64,000 nucleotides of DNA. Source: Thermoplasmatota archaeon. GTDB lineage: Archaea; Thermoplasmatota; JAKEGO01. The stretch lies in assembly GCA_028279595.1 (NCBI GenBank), contig JANQNK010000001.1:189891-253890 (forward strand). The letters are read 5' to 3'. The notes beneath the pieces are model-generated. The model did not search any database. It saw nothing but the letters and a program-made list of their open reading frames with translations, and was not told the origin of the DNA. The position numbers and the translations under genes were made by a program. Within the stretch, counting starts at the first letter, position 1, and each line of letters begins with the position of its first letter. Positions 1 through 9,672 of the stretch are shown here, piece by piece.

Positions 1-1371
1 GGTCAGCATCCTCATCCCCAGGACCGCCCTCAGTATGAAGAATTCACCCAGGCATGCGAGCGGTCCCAGGGTGATGAGCTTCAGGTATCCGGCGTCGAAC
101 GCATGGACCTTGGATCTGGTCACCACGTAACCGAACGTCAGCGAGGAATAGAGTGCAAGGGCGGTCGCGGTCGCGATCGCAGAACCTGTCGCACCGTAAA
201 GGGGAATGAGCGCTATGTTGAGCGAGATGTTCGTGATCGCCCCAACCGCTGCCATGTACATCATCATCCTCACACGGCCCATGGCGAGCATCGTCTGGCC
301 GGACGGTCCGACGAGTATCCTAACGGTATGTCCGATGGCGAGTATCACGAGGATGATCCACGAGGACGAATATCCACCGTAGAGGAGATTGAGGACCTGA
401 GCCGGGAACAGGAATACTATCATGATCGCCGGCAGCGTGAGTGTAGTTATCCATTTCGTTATCCTGATGTACGCCCTCTTCAGCCGTTCCATCCTCTTCT
501 CGGCGTAGTATTCGGACAGGATCGGGACGTAGATGAACATCATTCCGATGTACAGGATCGGGAGCTTCACCGCGATCCATTGCGCTGTGGTGAACGACGC
601 CACCACCGAGGTGCTCTCGAACCTGCCGAGGAGGAGAATCGAGATCAATGCATTGGACGTCTGTAGAAGCTCCTGGCCGAGCAGGGGCAGCGAGAACGCG
701 AGGAGCGCTGCATGCATCGGCACCCATGACCTCGCCTTCGGCCTGTGTGTGAAGAGGAACCCGATGGCAAGCAATGCCGAGATCCCGAACGCGGCCGCGT
801 ATGCAGCCGCGAAATGCTCAACAGGCGCGTCACGTGACCAGAGGAAGAGGAATGACCCAACTGCGAGAGCCCTTGGCAGCAGGTCGAAGAAGTAGACCTT
901 CGGTCTGACGTCCTTCAGTCCGCGGAAGACCGCGCCGATCTGCATGATGACGATGTTCGCGGCCAGGTGGAGGCTGAACGCCTGGAACACGACCATCAAT
1001 CTGTCGTCGTTGAAGACGAACTCGGCTAGAGGATAGGCCAGGGCGAAGAAACCCAGCGAGAGAACGACCGTCGATCCCGCGGTTATCCTCATCCCGCTCC
1101 TGATGACGCTGTTGACCCGCTTCTCGTCCCTCTTGCCTTTGTAGAAACCGATCTGTCTCGGGATGGCCCTCGCGAGACCGAGGCTGCCGATGGTGAGCAG
1201 AAGAAGGCTGAGAGCCTGCGCCAGCGTGAACATCCCGAACTCTGACTGGTCCACGCTCCTGGCCAGAACGAAAAGAACGATCACCGTGAGCCCGGCCTTG
1301 CCCGCCTCGGAGAAGGTGTTGATCCCGCCACCCTTCGCGATGGCCTTCATGTCCGACCCGGACCCGCTCAT
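1..1371 (-). CDS. Wzx/MOP-family oligosaccharide flippase, runs off the left edge
   Basis: Not in the ORF track. Manual translation from ATG 1371 gives MSGSGSDMKAIAKGGGINTFSEAGKAGLTVIVLFVLARSVDQSEFGMFTLAQ...SLGLARAIPRQIGFYKG, a typical flippase N-terminus with hydrophobic segments. Confidence 0.8.
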   Translation of the reverse strand, partial: MSGSGSDMKAIAKGGGINTFSEAGKAGLTVIVLFVLARSVDQSEFGMFTLAQALSLLLLTIGSLGLARAIPRQIGFYKGKRDEKRVNSVIRSGMRITAGSTVVLSLGFFALAYPLAEFVFNDDRLMVVFQAFSLHLAANIVIMQIGAVFRGLKDVRPKVYFFDLLPRALAVGSFLFLWSRDAPVEHFAAAYAAAFGISALLAIGFLFTHRPKARSWVPMHAALLAFSLPLLGQELLQTSNALISILLLGRFESTSVVASFTTAQWIAVKLPILYIGMMFIYVPILSEYYAEKRMERLKRAYIRITKWITTLTLPAIMIVFLFPAQVLNLLYGGYSSSWIILVILAIGHTVRILVGPSGQTMLAMGRVRMMMYMAAVGAITNISLNIALIPLYGATGSAIATATALALYSSLTFGYVVTRSKVHAFDAGYLKLITLGPLACLGEFFILRAVLGMRMLT

Positions 1372-1482
1372 CGGACCCCGTACGGAATGTGCATTAATCT
1401 AGTTTTAGGACCTCTGAAAAAGGTCTGGCCATCGGTTGGAGCAATACCAAACCTTTAAGAGATGTAGCGGGTTGGTCGAGCG

Positions 1483-3516
1483 ATGAAGGCCGTCGTACTG
1501 TTGACCTTCCTGCTGTTGTTCGCACTCCCGCAGGCAACCGCCCTTACCGCGACCATGGGAGATTCTACACCCAGTGTCGAGGTGGGAGAGACCAGCTCCA
1601 TGACGATCACCATATCGACCGACCTCCCATCCGACGTCAATATCACGATCGAGGGCATTTACTATCATCTGTACTTCCATTCGAACACGACCCGAGCGGA
1701 AATGGACATCGGTTCCTTGGACCGGGTGAGGGATGATACACTCCATTTCATAAACGTCAACGGATCGTTGAACGTTGCCATCCGTCTCGATGCGACCATG
1801 TGGACCCCAAGGGGCGAGCACGACGACCGGCGTACAATGAACATTACTGTTACTGACGGCGTCGAGACCCACGAACTCAACGCCACCCTCAGGGTCTACC
1901 ACGACTGGGAGACCGACGTCAACGGACTCAAGTTCTTCCTCGCACTCTTCCCTCTGATTTCGATCTTCGTCGGTATCGCATTCCTGAAAAGGGACGGGAT
2001 GTCCATGTCGGTCATCGGATGGCTGATCGCCGCGGTACTGGCCGCCGGCTTCTTCCACACTCCAGGAGATGTCATCGCCGGGGCTACCGTCATCGGCATC
2101 CTCAAGGCCTTTGGCATCAGCATCGCCGTCCTGTTCACCATGCTCATGATCTTCATCATGAAGGAGGTCGGCGCCCTTGACACGATCTCCGACGTGATCA
2201 AGCGGATCGTGAGAACCAAGGAGGAGCAGGCCCTCTTCATCGGGATCGGCTTCGGATCCTTCCTGACATCACTTGGTGTCACAACTCCTGCGATGTTCCC
2301 GCCCCTGCTACTCGCGATGGGATTCTCCCCGTTCGCGGCGGTCATGATCTCGGTCCTCGGCTACAACGCGACGACCTCGTTTGCATTGCTTTCGATCCCG
2401 GTGACGATTCCAGCGGAGATCGGCGGGATCGACGCTGAACTCCTCGCCTGGAAGATATCGCTCTTCCTGCCGGTCCTTTCCGTCATGTTGTCCTTCGCCA
2501 TGCTCTACCTCCTTGGGGGGAAGAAATCGGTGAAGAAGGGGTTCGTACCCGCGATACTTACTGGCCTGGCAGTTGCACTATCCTGTCTCCTTTTCGTCTG
2601 GAGTGCATTGCACCCTCTTGTCATCGGCGGTGTCAGCATCTACGTTCCGCTCAGGATCGTTGGTGTGCTGGCCGGCCTGGTGGCAATGGCAACCATCTAC
2701 ATCTACCACAGGGTGAAGTTCGGCAAACCGAAGCGGTCCAGGAAGCGGAAGAAGATAGACAAGCGGGTGGCGTTCATCGCATTCTTCCCGTGGATCGTAC
2801 TGACGATCCTCGCGGCGATCACCAGCGTGAACGAGGTCCAGCTATGGCTCGAGGACCTCCTGGGGAACGCGGAGGTCATCTCCGTCTTCGCCGACCAGAA
2901 GGTCGACCTGAACATTCTCTCACAGATCTATACCTGGATACTCGTTGCGACCATAGCGTCCATTCCTGTCCTGAAGCCGACCAAGAAGCAGCTGAACACT
3001 GCCTTCACACTCTGGCTCCAGCGGGGCTGGAAGCCGTTCGTCGCGTTCAGCATGTACTTCGCCATCGCTTACATCATGTTCTTCTCGGGGCTCGAGGTCG
3101 TCAGCGGCGCTCTGGTCCCATCCGAGCATTACGTCCAGTACAACATGAACCTGATCCTGGGAACCAGCCTCGCCGTGGCCTTCGGCACCGGATTCGTCTA
3201 CGTCGCAGGATCTCTCGGTGTGTTCGGCGCGTTCGTCGGCGGTTCGGAGACGGCGAGCAACGTCATGTTCCTCGGGGTCCAGAGGAGCGCAACGGACCAG
3301 ACGGGAACCGACTTCATGACCGCCTACGGGGCACATGCGGCCGCAGGTGGGATCGCCAGCGCCATCACCCCGGCGAAGATAACCAATGCCGTCGTCCTCA
3401 TCGGCGAGGACAAGGCGCTGGAAGCGAAGGTGATGCGCTCCAACACGCTCTTCGTGATACTCTCCACCATCGCCATCGGCATCATGACTGCGCTGTTCAT
3501 CTCGTTGAACCTCTGA
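1483..3516 (+). CDS. L-lactate permease (LctP) family transporter with extra N-terminal extracellular domain
   Basis: Multiple TM helices; LctP-like motifs PLLLAMGFSP, GAFVGGSETASNVMF, GGIASAITPAKI; signal-peptide-like start plus ~130-aa soluble region. Confidence 0.8.
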   Translation: MKAVVLLTFLLLFALPQATALTATMGDSTPSVEVGETSSMTITISTDLPSDVNITIEGIYYHLYFHSNTTRAEMDIGSLDRVRDDTLHFINVNGSLNVAIRLDATMWTPRGEHDDRRTMNITVTDGVETHELNATLRVYHDWETDVNGLKFFLALFPLISIFVGIAFLKRDGMSMSVIGWLIAAVLAAGFFHTPGDVIAGATVIGILKAFGISIAVLFTMLMIFIMKEVGALDTISDVIKRIVRTKEEQALFIGIGFGSFLTSLGVTTPAMFPPLLLAMGFSPFAAVMISVLGYNATTSFALLSIPVTIPAEIGGIDAELLAWKISLFLPVLSVMLSFAMLYLLGGKKSVKKGFVPAILTGLAVALSCLLFVWSALHPLVIGGVSIYVPLRIVGVLAGLVAMATIYIYHRVKFGKPKRSRKRKKIDKRVAFIAFFPWIVLTILAAITSVNEVQLWLEDLLGNAEVISVFADQKVDLNILSQIYTWILVATIASIPVLKPTKKQLNTAFTLWLQRGWKPFVAFSMYFAIAYIMFFSGLEVVSGALVPSEHYVQYNMNLILGTSLAVAFGTGFVYVAGSLGVFGAFVGGSETASNVMFLGVQRSATDQTGTDFMTAYGAHAAAGGIASAITPAKITNAVVLIGEDKALEAKVMRSNTLFVILSTIAIGIMTALFISLNL

Positions 3517-3520
3517 ACGG

Positions 3521-3560
3521 GCGCTCGTCCCCGAGCCAATCGGGGGACAACGCGTGTCAC
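3521..3560. repeat. Dispersed hairpin repeat, copy 1
   Basis: GCGCTC-GTCCCC-gagccaatcg-GGGGAC-AACGCGTGTCAC. Confidence 0.75.
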
Positions 3561-3625
3561 TAATATCACCCTTGGCGGTGGTCGGTCCGGTAAAATTATC
3601 TAATGTCATCGCCTTATCCGGGCCG

Positions 3626-4192
3626 ATGGCCGAACCGATGGTACTGCTCGGAGCCGCCCTTACGGGATTCTGGCTCTTCTTCCCGGCCTACCTGGCCAAT
3701 CCCTCCGCCGTTCTGTCAGGTCACGGCACGCCCGTCGACTTCGGCAGGTCGATGGGAGGAAAGCGCATCCTCGGCGACGGCAAGACGTGGTGGGGCCTGA
3801 TAGGCGGCACTCTCTCGGGCGGTTTCATCGGCGTCATCCAGATGTTGATCGGAGGACCGACCGGCCTTCCGACCTTCGGCACCACACTCTTTGCTATGAT
3901 GATACCATTCGTGTTGGCCTTCGGTTCACTGTTCGGCGACATGCTCGGCTCCTTCATCAAACGCAGACTCGACGTCGAACGGGGTGCGAAGGCGCCGATA
4001 CTCGATCAGTACGATTTCGTGATCGGAGCTTTCATCGTCGGGCTGATATTCATTCCGGGATTCATGATCGATACCTATCTGGCCGGGACCGCGATCGCCG
4101 GTCTGGTCATGCTATTGGTCGTGACTCCACCTCTCCACCGGGCTGTCAACATCGTCGGCTACAAGACCGGGCAGAAGGACGTTCCCTGGTAG
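3626..4192 (+). CDS. carS: CDP-archaeol synthase
   Basis: PAYLAN..PVDFG...RILGDGKTW, GDMLGSFIKRRL, PILDQYDF and C-terminal KDVPW motifs; start placed at ATG 3626. Confidence 0.92.
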   Translation: MAEPMVLLGAALTGFWLFFPAYLANPSAVLSGHGTPVDFGRSMGGKRILGDGKTWWGLIGGTLSGGFIGVIQMLIGGPTGLPTFGTTLFAMMIPFVLAFGSLFGDMLGSFIKRRLDVERGAKAPILDQYDFVIGAFIVGLIFIPGFMIDTYLAGTAIAGLVMLLVVTPPLHRAVNIVGYKTGQKDVPW

Positions 4193-4232
4193 AGCTGACG
4201 CTGGACCAGTAGATCTTCAGAAATAGTTCTGA

Positions 4233-4406
4233 TCAGATCCATCCTTTGTTCGCGAACTCCACTATCACGATCGACGCGATGCAAAAACCAACTACCAGCC
4301 GCGGATCGATCTTCAGGGCCTTGGCGTCCTCTGCGTCGAAGTACCGGATGAGTCCAGCGGCAGAGTGGAAGCCTTCCCCCTTCTTCTCCTTTCGCGGTGG
4401 TGCCAT
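4233..4406 (-). CDS. secG: Preprotein translocase subunit Sec61beta
   Basis: 57 aa; [16 protein letters not shown] followed by one TM helix. Confidence 0.9.
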   Translation of the reverse strand: MAPPRKEKKGEGFHSAAGLIRYFDAEDAKALKIDPRLVVGFCIASIVIVEFANKGWI

Positions 4407-4512
4407 GTCGACCGAGAGCCCATTCTGACTTGCATTATATAAATCTATCTGGGGAACGACATCCCATACAGTCCCAGGGCACCACCGCTCCCCTAGCAAT
4501 CCTTATTAATCA

Positions 4513-4550
4513 TTACATTATATCTGCAATGTAACTACAATGTAGTCACA
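4513..4550. promoter_or_regulatory. Overlapping inverted repeats (putative operators) upstream of the benzoyl-CoA reductase operon
   Basis: TTACATT-N8-AATGTAA (4513-4534) and near-perfect 21-bp palindrome TGTAACTACAATGTAGTCACA (4530-4550), just downstream of the TATA-like TTATTAAT. Confidence 0.6.
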
Positions 4551-4560
4551 AGTGGTAACT

Positions 4561-4701
4561 ATGGCAGTCGAGAGGGTGAAGTTCGAGGTCTACGGGCAGG
4601 AGATGCTGGAGAAGGAGGTAAAACCCTCCGGGAACTCCGGCAGGGTGTACCTGCCCCCTGACTGGGTCGGGAAGCATGTGAAGATAATCAGGGTAGAGTG
4701 A
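4561..4701 (+). CDS. DUF2080-family small protein (AbrB-like), 46 aa
   Basis: Below the ORF-track cutoff. MAVERVKFEVYGQEMLEKEVKPSGNSGRVYLPPDWVGKHVKIIRVE fits the EKxVKxxGNSGRVYLPxxWxGxxVKI pattern. Confidence 0.85.
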   Translation: MAVERVKFEVYGQEMLEKEVKPSGNSGRVYLPPDWVGKHVKIIRVE

Positions 4702-4702
4702 G

Positions 4703-5155
4703 GTGGCAGGTTTGGCAAAATATACGATCAGGACGATGCGGCTCGATGACATCGACGCCATCGTCGATATACAGAAGGCCCTAGTGAAGAGGAGCGCGAC
4801 CAGGCGATGGCGTAAGGCCCTCAAGGTCTACATCGAGACCGAGCCGAAGGCCTGTCTTGTGGCTACGTTCAAGGGGAAGCCCATCGGCTTCATCATCGGC
4901 GACGTCAAGACGTGGGGATTCGGCATGCGCCATTCCGGTTGGATCGAGATAATCGGGATACATCCGAAGCACATGGGCACAGGAGTTGGACGCGACCTCG
5001 GGAAGCGCCTGCTGCGCTACTTCAGGTCGATGGAGGTGGACGGCATCTACACCGCCGTCCGATGGGACTCCGGCGACCTGCTATCGTTCTTCAAGTCGAT
5101 CGGTTTCGAGCATTCGGGGTTCCTGAACCTCGAACATTCAGGATCGAAGAGGTGA
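4703..5155 (+). CDS. GNAT-family N-acyltransferase
   Basis: Acyl-CoA-binding motif GIHPKHMGTGVG and FFKSIGF. Confidence 0.85.
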   Translation: MAGLAKYTIRTMRLDDIDAIVDIQKALVKRSATRRWRKALKVYIETEPKACLVATFKGKPIGFIIGDVKTWGFGMRHSGWIEIIGIHPKHMGTGVGRDLGKRLLRYFRSMEVDGIYTAVRWDSGDLLSFFKSIGFEHSGFLNLEHSGSKR

Positions 5156-5182
5156 TACAGTAACGAATAATGGAGGGATCGG

Positions 5183-6307
5183 ATGATTGAGAAGTTCAAG
5201 GATTGGGAACAGAACCGGCATGAATATGCCAAGGAATGGAAGGAACGCACCGGGGGGAAGGTGATGGGCTGCTTCTGCACATATGTGCCCGAGGAAGTGC
5301 TCTACGCCGCGGGCGTGCTTCCGGTCAGGATCCTGGGAAGCCATGAGCCCCAGGACGTGACCGAGCCGCACATCTTCGGGATGTTCTGTCCCTTCTGCAG
5401 GGACTGCCTGGCGCAGGGTCTGAAGGGACGATACGACTACCTCAACGGGATAATGATCGCACAATCGTGCCTGCACATCAGACAGACCTTCTGGAGCTGG
5501 CAGAAGCACGTGGAAGGCCTGGAATACTCGAAGTTCTTCATAATGCCCCACAAGGTGCAGAGCAAGGACGCGCCCGAGTTCCTAAGGGGAGAGATCGAGG
5601 AGTTCGTTGCGGAGGTCGAGGAGTGGACGGGCAAGAAGATCACGGACGAGGCCCTCGACAACGCCATTGCGGTCTACAACAAGAACCGCGAGCTGATGAG
5701 GAAGCTCTACGACCTCCGGAAGGACCCGAACCCGCCGATATCCGGCGAGGAGGTCATGGAGATCAGCATGGCCATGGAGATGGTCGACAAGGCGGAACAC
5801 AATGCGGCCCTTGAGGAGCTTTTAGAATGGCTTCCGTCGAGGACCGACAAACCCTCCGGAACCCGGCTGATGATCGTGGGGTCCGAGGACGACGACATAA
5901 CGTTCCTCAACATGGTCGAGACCTCAGGGGGCTTGTTCGTCGTGGACGACCACTGCACCGGGAGCCGCTACTTCTGGAACCAGGTCGAACCGGCCGAGGA
6001 CAGGCTGATGGCCATCGCCCAGAGGTACATCGACCGGCCGCCATGTCCGACGAAGGACTGGGAGGAGAGGAAACGGCTTCCCCACATCGTCGGCCTGGCC
6101 AAGGATTGGGACGTTGCCGGCGCGATAATCATGCAGCAGAAGTTCTGCGACCCGCACGAACTGGATTTCGTGGCTGTGAAGAAGGCCCTCGAGGACGCAG
6201 GCGTTCCGACGCTCTTCCTCGAGTTCGACGTGACCGTGCCCATAGGGCAGTTCAAGATCAGGGTCGAGGCATTCCTCGAGATGATCGGAGATGAGGACCT
6301 GTTCTGA
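5183..6307 (+). CDS. bzdN: Benzoyl-CoA reductase, Bzd-type subunit N
   Basis: GCFCTYVPEE, FCPFCRDCLAQGL, QQKFCDPHE; first in N-O-P-Q order. Confidence 0.9.
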   Translation: MIEKFKDWEQNRHEYAKEWKERTGGKVMGCFCTYVPEEVLYAAGVLPVRILGSHEPQDVTEPHIFGMFCPFCRDCLAQGLKGRYDYLNGIMIAQSCLHIRQTFWSWQKHVEGLEYSKFFIMPHKVQSKDAPEFLRGEIEEFVAEVEEWTGKKITDEALDNAIAVYNKNRELMRKLYDLRKDPNPPISGEEVMEISMAMEMVDKAEHNAALEELLEWLPSRTDKPSGTRLMIVGSEDDDITFLNMVETSGGLFVVDDHCTGSRYFWNQVEPAEDRLMAIAQRYIDRPPCPTKDWEERKRLPHIVGLAKDWDVAGAIIMQQKFCDPHELDFVAVKKALEDAGVPTLFLEFDVTVPIGQFKIRVEAFLEMIGDEDLF

Positions 6308-6319
6308 GGTGGTGATGAT

Positions 6320-7660
6320 ATGGAAGATCTGTATCCGACCGAGAAATTGAAGTGCTGGAACGAATCGAAGGACCTCAGGATGAAGTATTACCAGGACTAC
6401 GCCGAGGCACACGATAACGGAGGACTGAGATGGGCCGGAGGCGCCTGGACGTTCGACGCGATCCCCGCGGGGCTGGGAGACGACGTCTATCCGATAACAA
6501 GCGAGCCTTACGGCGCCACCCTGGCATTCGACAAGGAACTCTCGCTGAAATGTCTCGAAGCGACCGAGGTGAAAGGCTATCCGCGCGACCTCTGCTCGTA
6601 CATGCGCAACTACTGGGGTTCCATCATTACGGACACGTTCGCATTCGGCTACGACGCCGAGGGGAACTTCCAGCCGAGGTTCCTGGACGGCGTCGAGCCC
6701 CTGGGATTCCCGAAGCCCGACTTCATCTGGCAGGACCACATCTGCTGCTCGCACGCGAAGTGGTACCAGGTCGTGTCCGAGCTGGAGGGTGGCATCCCCG
6801 CATATTCCGTCGACAACGCCGTGGGACCCTCCCACGAGATCAACGACCGGAAGATCAAGTTCGTCGTGGAACAGCTGAAGGAAGGCATCGAGTTCCTCGT
6901 CAAGACCACGGGACGGGATTACGACGACGAGCTACTTTACAAGGCTATCAGGAACCACTTCGTCTCGACGTCGAAGTGGGCGGAGATCTGTGAACTGAAC
7001 AAGAACATCCCGGCTCCCTTGGACGAGAAATCGATCTACTCCCTGTATGTCTTCGGGACGCTCCAGAAGGCGGGAGCGCAGGTTGCGAACTTCTACGAGA
7101 ACGTCCTCCTGCCGGAGGTGCAGGACAGGGTCAGGCGCGGTATCGCCGCTGTGCCCACAGAGAAGTTCCGTGTCATGTCCGACACACAACCGCCGTGGAG
7201 CTTCCTGAGCATCTTCCGTTATCTGGAGGAGTACGGCTGCGTTTCGGTGGGGTCTCTCTACACATTCGGTCTCCTTGGTCAGTGGGAGGACAAGCCCGAC
7301 GGGACCTGGGGCCCGAAGACGATACCTGACACAAACTTCTCGTCCCGGGACGAGGCGCTCTACGAGTACGTGAAGTACGAGCTGCACAAGCCGGAGTGGC
7401 AGCACTTCTACTCCTGCCATCAGAAGAGCGACATGATGATACGTATCGCCAGGGAATGGCAGCTGTCGGGAGTGATGCTTCACTACAACCGCGGCTGCGA
7501 GGGCCTGAGCATCGGTATCGCCGAGAACCGTCTGGCGCTGATCGACGCGGGCTTCCCGGTCATGGCGTTCGAGGGCAACAACGCGGACGAGAGGGAGTTC
7601 GACCAGGCCCGGACCAAGGCCAAGATAGACGCGTTCATGGAGACGCTGGGGGCCAAGTGA
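6320..7660 (+). CDS. bzdO: Benzoyl-CoA reductase, Bzd-type subunit O
   Basis: YPTEKLKCW, DLCSYMRNYWG, DHICCSHAKWYQ, HYNRGCEG. Confidence 0.9.
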   Translation: MEDLYPTEKLKCWNESKDLRMKYYQDYAEAHDNGGLRWAGGAWTFDAIPAGLGDDVYPITSEPYGATLAFDKELSLKCLEATEVKGYPRDLCSYMRNYWGSIITDTFAFGYDAEGNFQPRFLDGVEPLGFPKPDFIWQDHICCSHAKWYQVVSELEGGIPAYSVDNAVGPSHEINDRKIKFVVEQLKEGIEFLVKTTGRDYDDELLYKAIRNHFVSTSKWAEICELNKNIPAPLDEKSIYSLYVFGTLQKAGAQVANFYENVLLPEVQDRVRRGIAAVPTEKFRVMSDTQPPWSFLSIFRYLEEYGCVSVGSLYTFGLLGQWEDKPDGTWGPKTIPDTNFSSRDEALYEYVKYELHKPEWQHFYSCHQKSDMMIRIAREWQLSGVMLHYNRGCEGLSIGIAENRLALIDAGFPVMAFEGNNADEREFDQARTKAKIDAFMETLGAK

Positions 7661-7672
7661 GAGGTGAGATGA

Positions 7673-8452
7673 ATGATCACAATGGGAATAGACATGGGTG
7701 CGAAGAACATCAAGGTCGTCGTTCTGAGGGACGACGAGATCATTGGGAAATCCCTGGTCACCGCCGGGTTCGACGTGGAGCCTGCGGCCAACGAGGCCAT
7801 CGACAAGGCCCTGGAGGCCGCGGGTGTGACACGCGACGAGGTCGATAAGACCGTGTCAACCGGTGCCGGCGAGAAGCAGGCCCCGATGTTCGATGAGACG
7901 AAATCGATGGTCGGTTGCGACTCGCTCGGAGCTGTCTACCTCCACCCCGCCGCCCGTAGCGTCATCGACGTCGGGGCAGAGGAGGGTCGGGGCATGCGGT
8001 GCGACGAGACCGGAAAGATCCTGGATTTCGAGGTGAACGAGAAGTGCGCCGCCGGCGCTGGAGCCTTCACTGAGGCCATGTCGAGGGCCCTTGAGGTCCA
8101 GCTCGAGGAGCTCGGGCCGTTGTCCCTCGAGGCCGACGAGGAGGTCCCGATGAACGCGCAGTGCACTGTCTTCGCGGAGTCGGAGGTCGTGACCATGGTG
8201 CACAACAACATTTCGAAAGCGAACATGGCGAAGGCCGTCCACGATGCAATGGCGAGCCGGATAACCTCCATGGTGAGGAAGATCGGGTTCAACAAGGACG
8301 TGGTCCTGGTTGGCGGCGTTGCCCGCAACATCGGCTTCGTCACGTCGCTGAACTCGGACCTCGAGCTCGAGGTCGTGGTTCCTGAGGACCCGGAGTTCGT
8401 CGGAGCACTGGGAGCGGCGCTTGCCGCCTCAGGATGGAAGGGAGGTGCTTGA
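7673..8452 (+). CDS. bzdP: Benzoyl-CoA reductase ATPase subunit P
   Basis: ASKHA activase fold: GIDMG, IDVGAEEGR, NEKCAAGAG, QCTVFAESE. Confidence 0.88.
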   Translation: MITMGIDMGAKNIKVVVLRDDEIIGKSLVTAGFDVEPAANEAIDKALEAAGVTRDEVDKTVSTGAGEKQAPMFDETKSMVGCDSLGAVYLHPAARSVIDVGAEEGRGMRCDETGKILDFEVNEKCAAGAGAFTEAMSRALEVQLEELGPLSLEADEEVPMNAQCTVFAESEVVTMVHNNISKANMAKAVHDAMASRITSMVRKIGFNKDVVLVGGVARNIGFVTSLNSDLELEVVVPEDPEFVGALGAALAASGWKGGA

Positions 8453-8453
8453 A

Positions 8454-9320
8454 ATGGCTGACAAGGTAGAACTGTGGAGATGGACCGAGTCCAGGTGGAC
8501 GAATCCCGACATGGACTGGAAGGGGAAGCTGATAACCTCCGGCATCGACGTCGGTTCCGTCAGCTCCCAGGCCGTGATCCTCGCCGATGGCGAGCTCTAC
8601 GCCTACTCGAACATGAGGACCGGCTCGAACAGTCCGGACTCGGCGATGAACGCCATCAACTGGGCCATGGAGGACACCGGGCTCAAACTGGATGACATAA
8701 CGTACACCGTCGGGACAGGTTACGGTCGTGTGAACGTACCGTTCGCCCAGAAGCCCATAACCGAGATCGCGTGCCACGCCCGCGGGGCGAACGCCATCTA
8801 CGGCAACACCGTGCGGACCGTTCTCGACATGGGCGGCCAGGACTGCAAGGCTATCCACTGCGACGAGCGTGGCAAGGTCACGAACTTCCTCATGAACGAC
8901 AAGTGCGCGGCCGGGACCGGTCGCGGCATGGAGGTCTTCGCTGACCTGCTAGGCGTGTCCATCAATGAAGTGGGCGACCTCTCGCTGAATGTCGAGGAGG
9001 AGCCAGACCCCGTGAGCAGCACATGTGTGGTCTATGCGAAGACCGAGGCCACGGGACTGCTCCGCGAGGGCTGGCCCACGAACAAGGTGCTGGCAGCATA
9101 CTGCTCCGCCATGGCCCACAGGATAATCACCCTGCTCGAGAGGATCGGAGTCGAGGAGGACTTCGCCATCACAGGCGGGATCGCAAAGAACGTCGGCGTG
9201 GTGCAGCGGCTGGAGAAGGAGGTCGGGATAAAGATCCTCAGGACAGAATACGACACCCAGCTGGCCGGTGCCCTAGGCGGAGCGCTGTTCGCCAAGGTCC
9301 TTCACGAGAAGGGCAAGTAG
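8454..9320 (+). CDS. bzdQ: Benzoyl-CoA reductase ATPase subunit Q
   Basis: WRWTESRW N-terminus, GIDVGSVSSQ, DMGGQDCK, NDKCAAGTGRG; start ATG 8454 after GGAGGTG. Confidence 0.9.
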   Translation: MADKVELWRWTESRWTNPDMDWKGKLITSGIDVGSVSSQAVILADGELYAYSNMRTGSNSPDSAMNAINWAMEDTGLKLDDITYTVGTGYGRVNVPFAQKPITEIACHARGANAIYGNTVRTVLDMGGQDCKAIHCDERGKVTNFLMNDKCAAGTGRGMEVFADLLGVSINEVGDLSLNVEEEPDPVSSTCVVYAKTEATGLLREGWPTNKVLAAYCSAMAHRIITLLERIGVEEDFAITGGIAKNVGVVQRLEKEVGIKILRTEYDTQLAGALGGALFAKVLHEKGK

Positions 9321-9330
9321 GTGATGCCTG

Positions 9331-9618
9331 ATGATCGCGAACTATGGATACAAGGACGGCTCGGGCGACTACTTCATCGCCATCGACACCGACAGGTGCA
9401 ACGGGTGCGGGGACTGCGTAACAGCATGCCCCTACGGCGTCATGGGCGTGGGTCCGGATGAGAACGATCCCCTCTCGGACGACGAGGTGGCGTTCGTCAC
9501 CGAGGCCGAGAGGAAGAAGATCAAGTACACCTGCGCACCGTGCAAGCCGATGGCCGACAGGCCGCCGCTTCCGTGCATCGCTGCCTGTCCGCTCGATGCG
9601 ATCGAACATTCCTGGTAA
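9331..9618 (+). CDS. bzdM: 2[4Fe-4S] ferredoxin, BzdM-like
   Basis: CNGCGDCVTACP and CAPCKP...CIAACP; directly follows bzdQ. Confidence 0.8.
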   Translation: MIANYGYKDGSGDYFIAIDTDRCNGCGDCVTACPYGVMGVGPDENDPLSDDEVAFVTEAERKKIKYTCAPCKPMADRPPLPCIAACPLDAIEHSW

Positions 9619-9672
9619 GTGGGAATGGAGTGCCAACGGCAGAGGGGTAGCACAGGGACGGAGAGTGACCAA

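Noticed and set aside
4561-4701. DUF2080 as a sign of a transposon
   Set aside because: No adjacent transposase or element ends; the gene is integrated at the head of the operon
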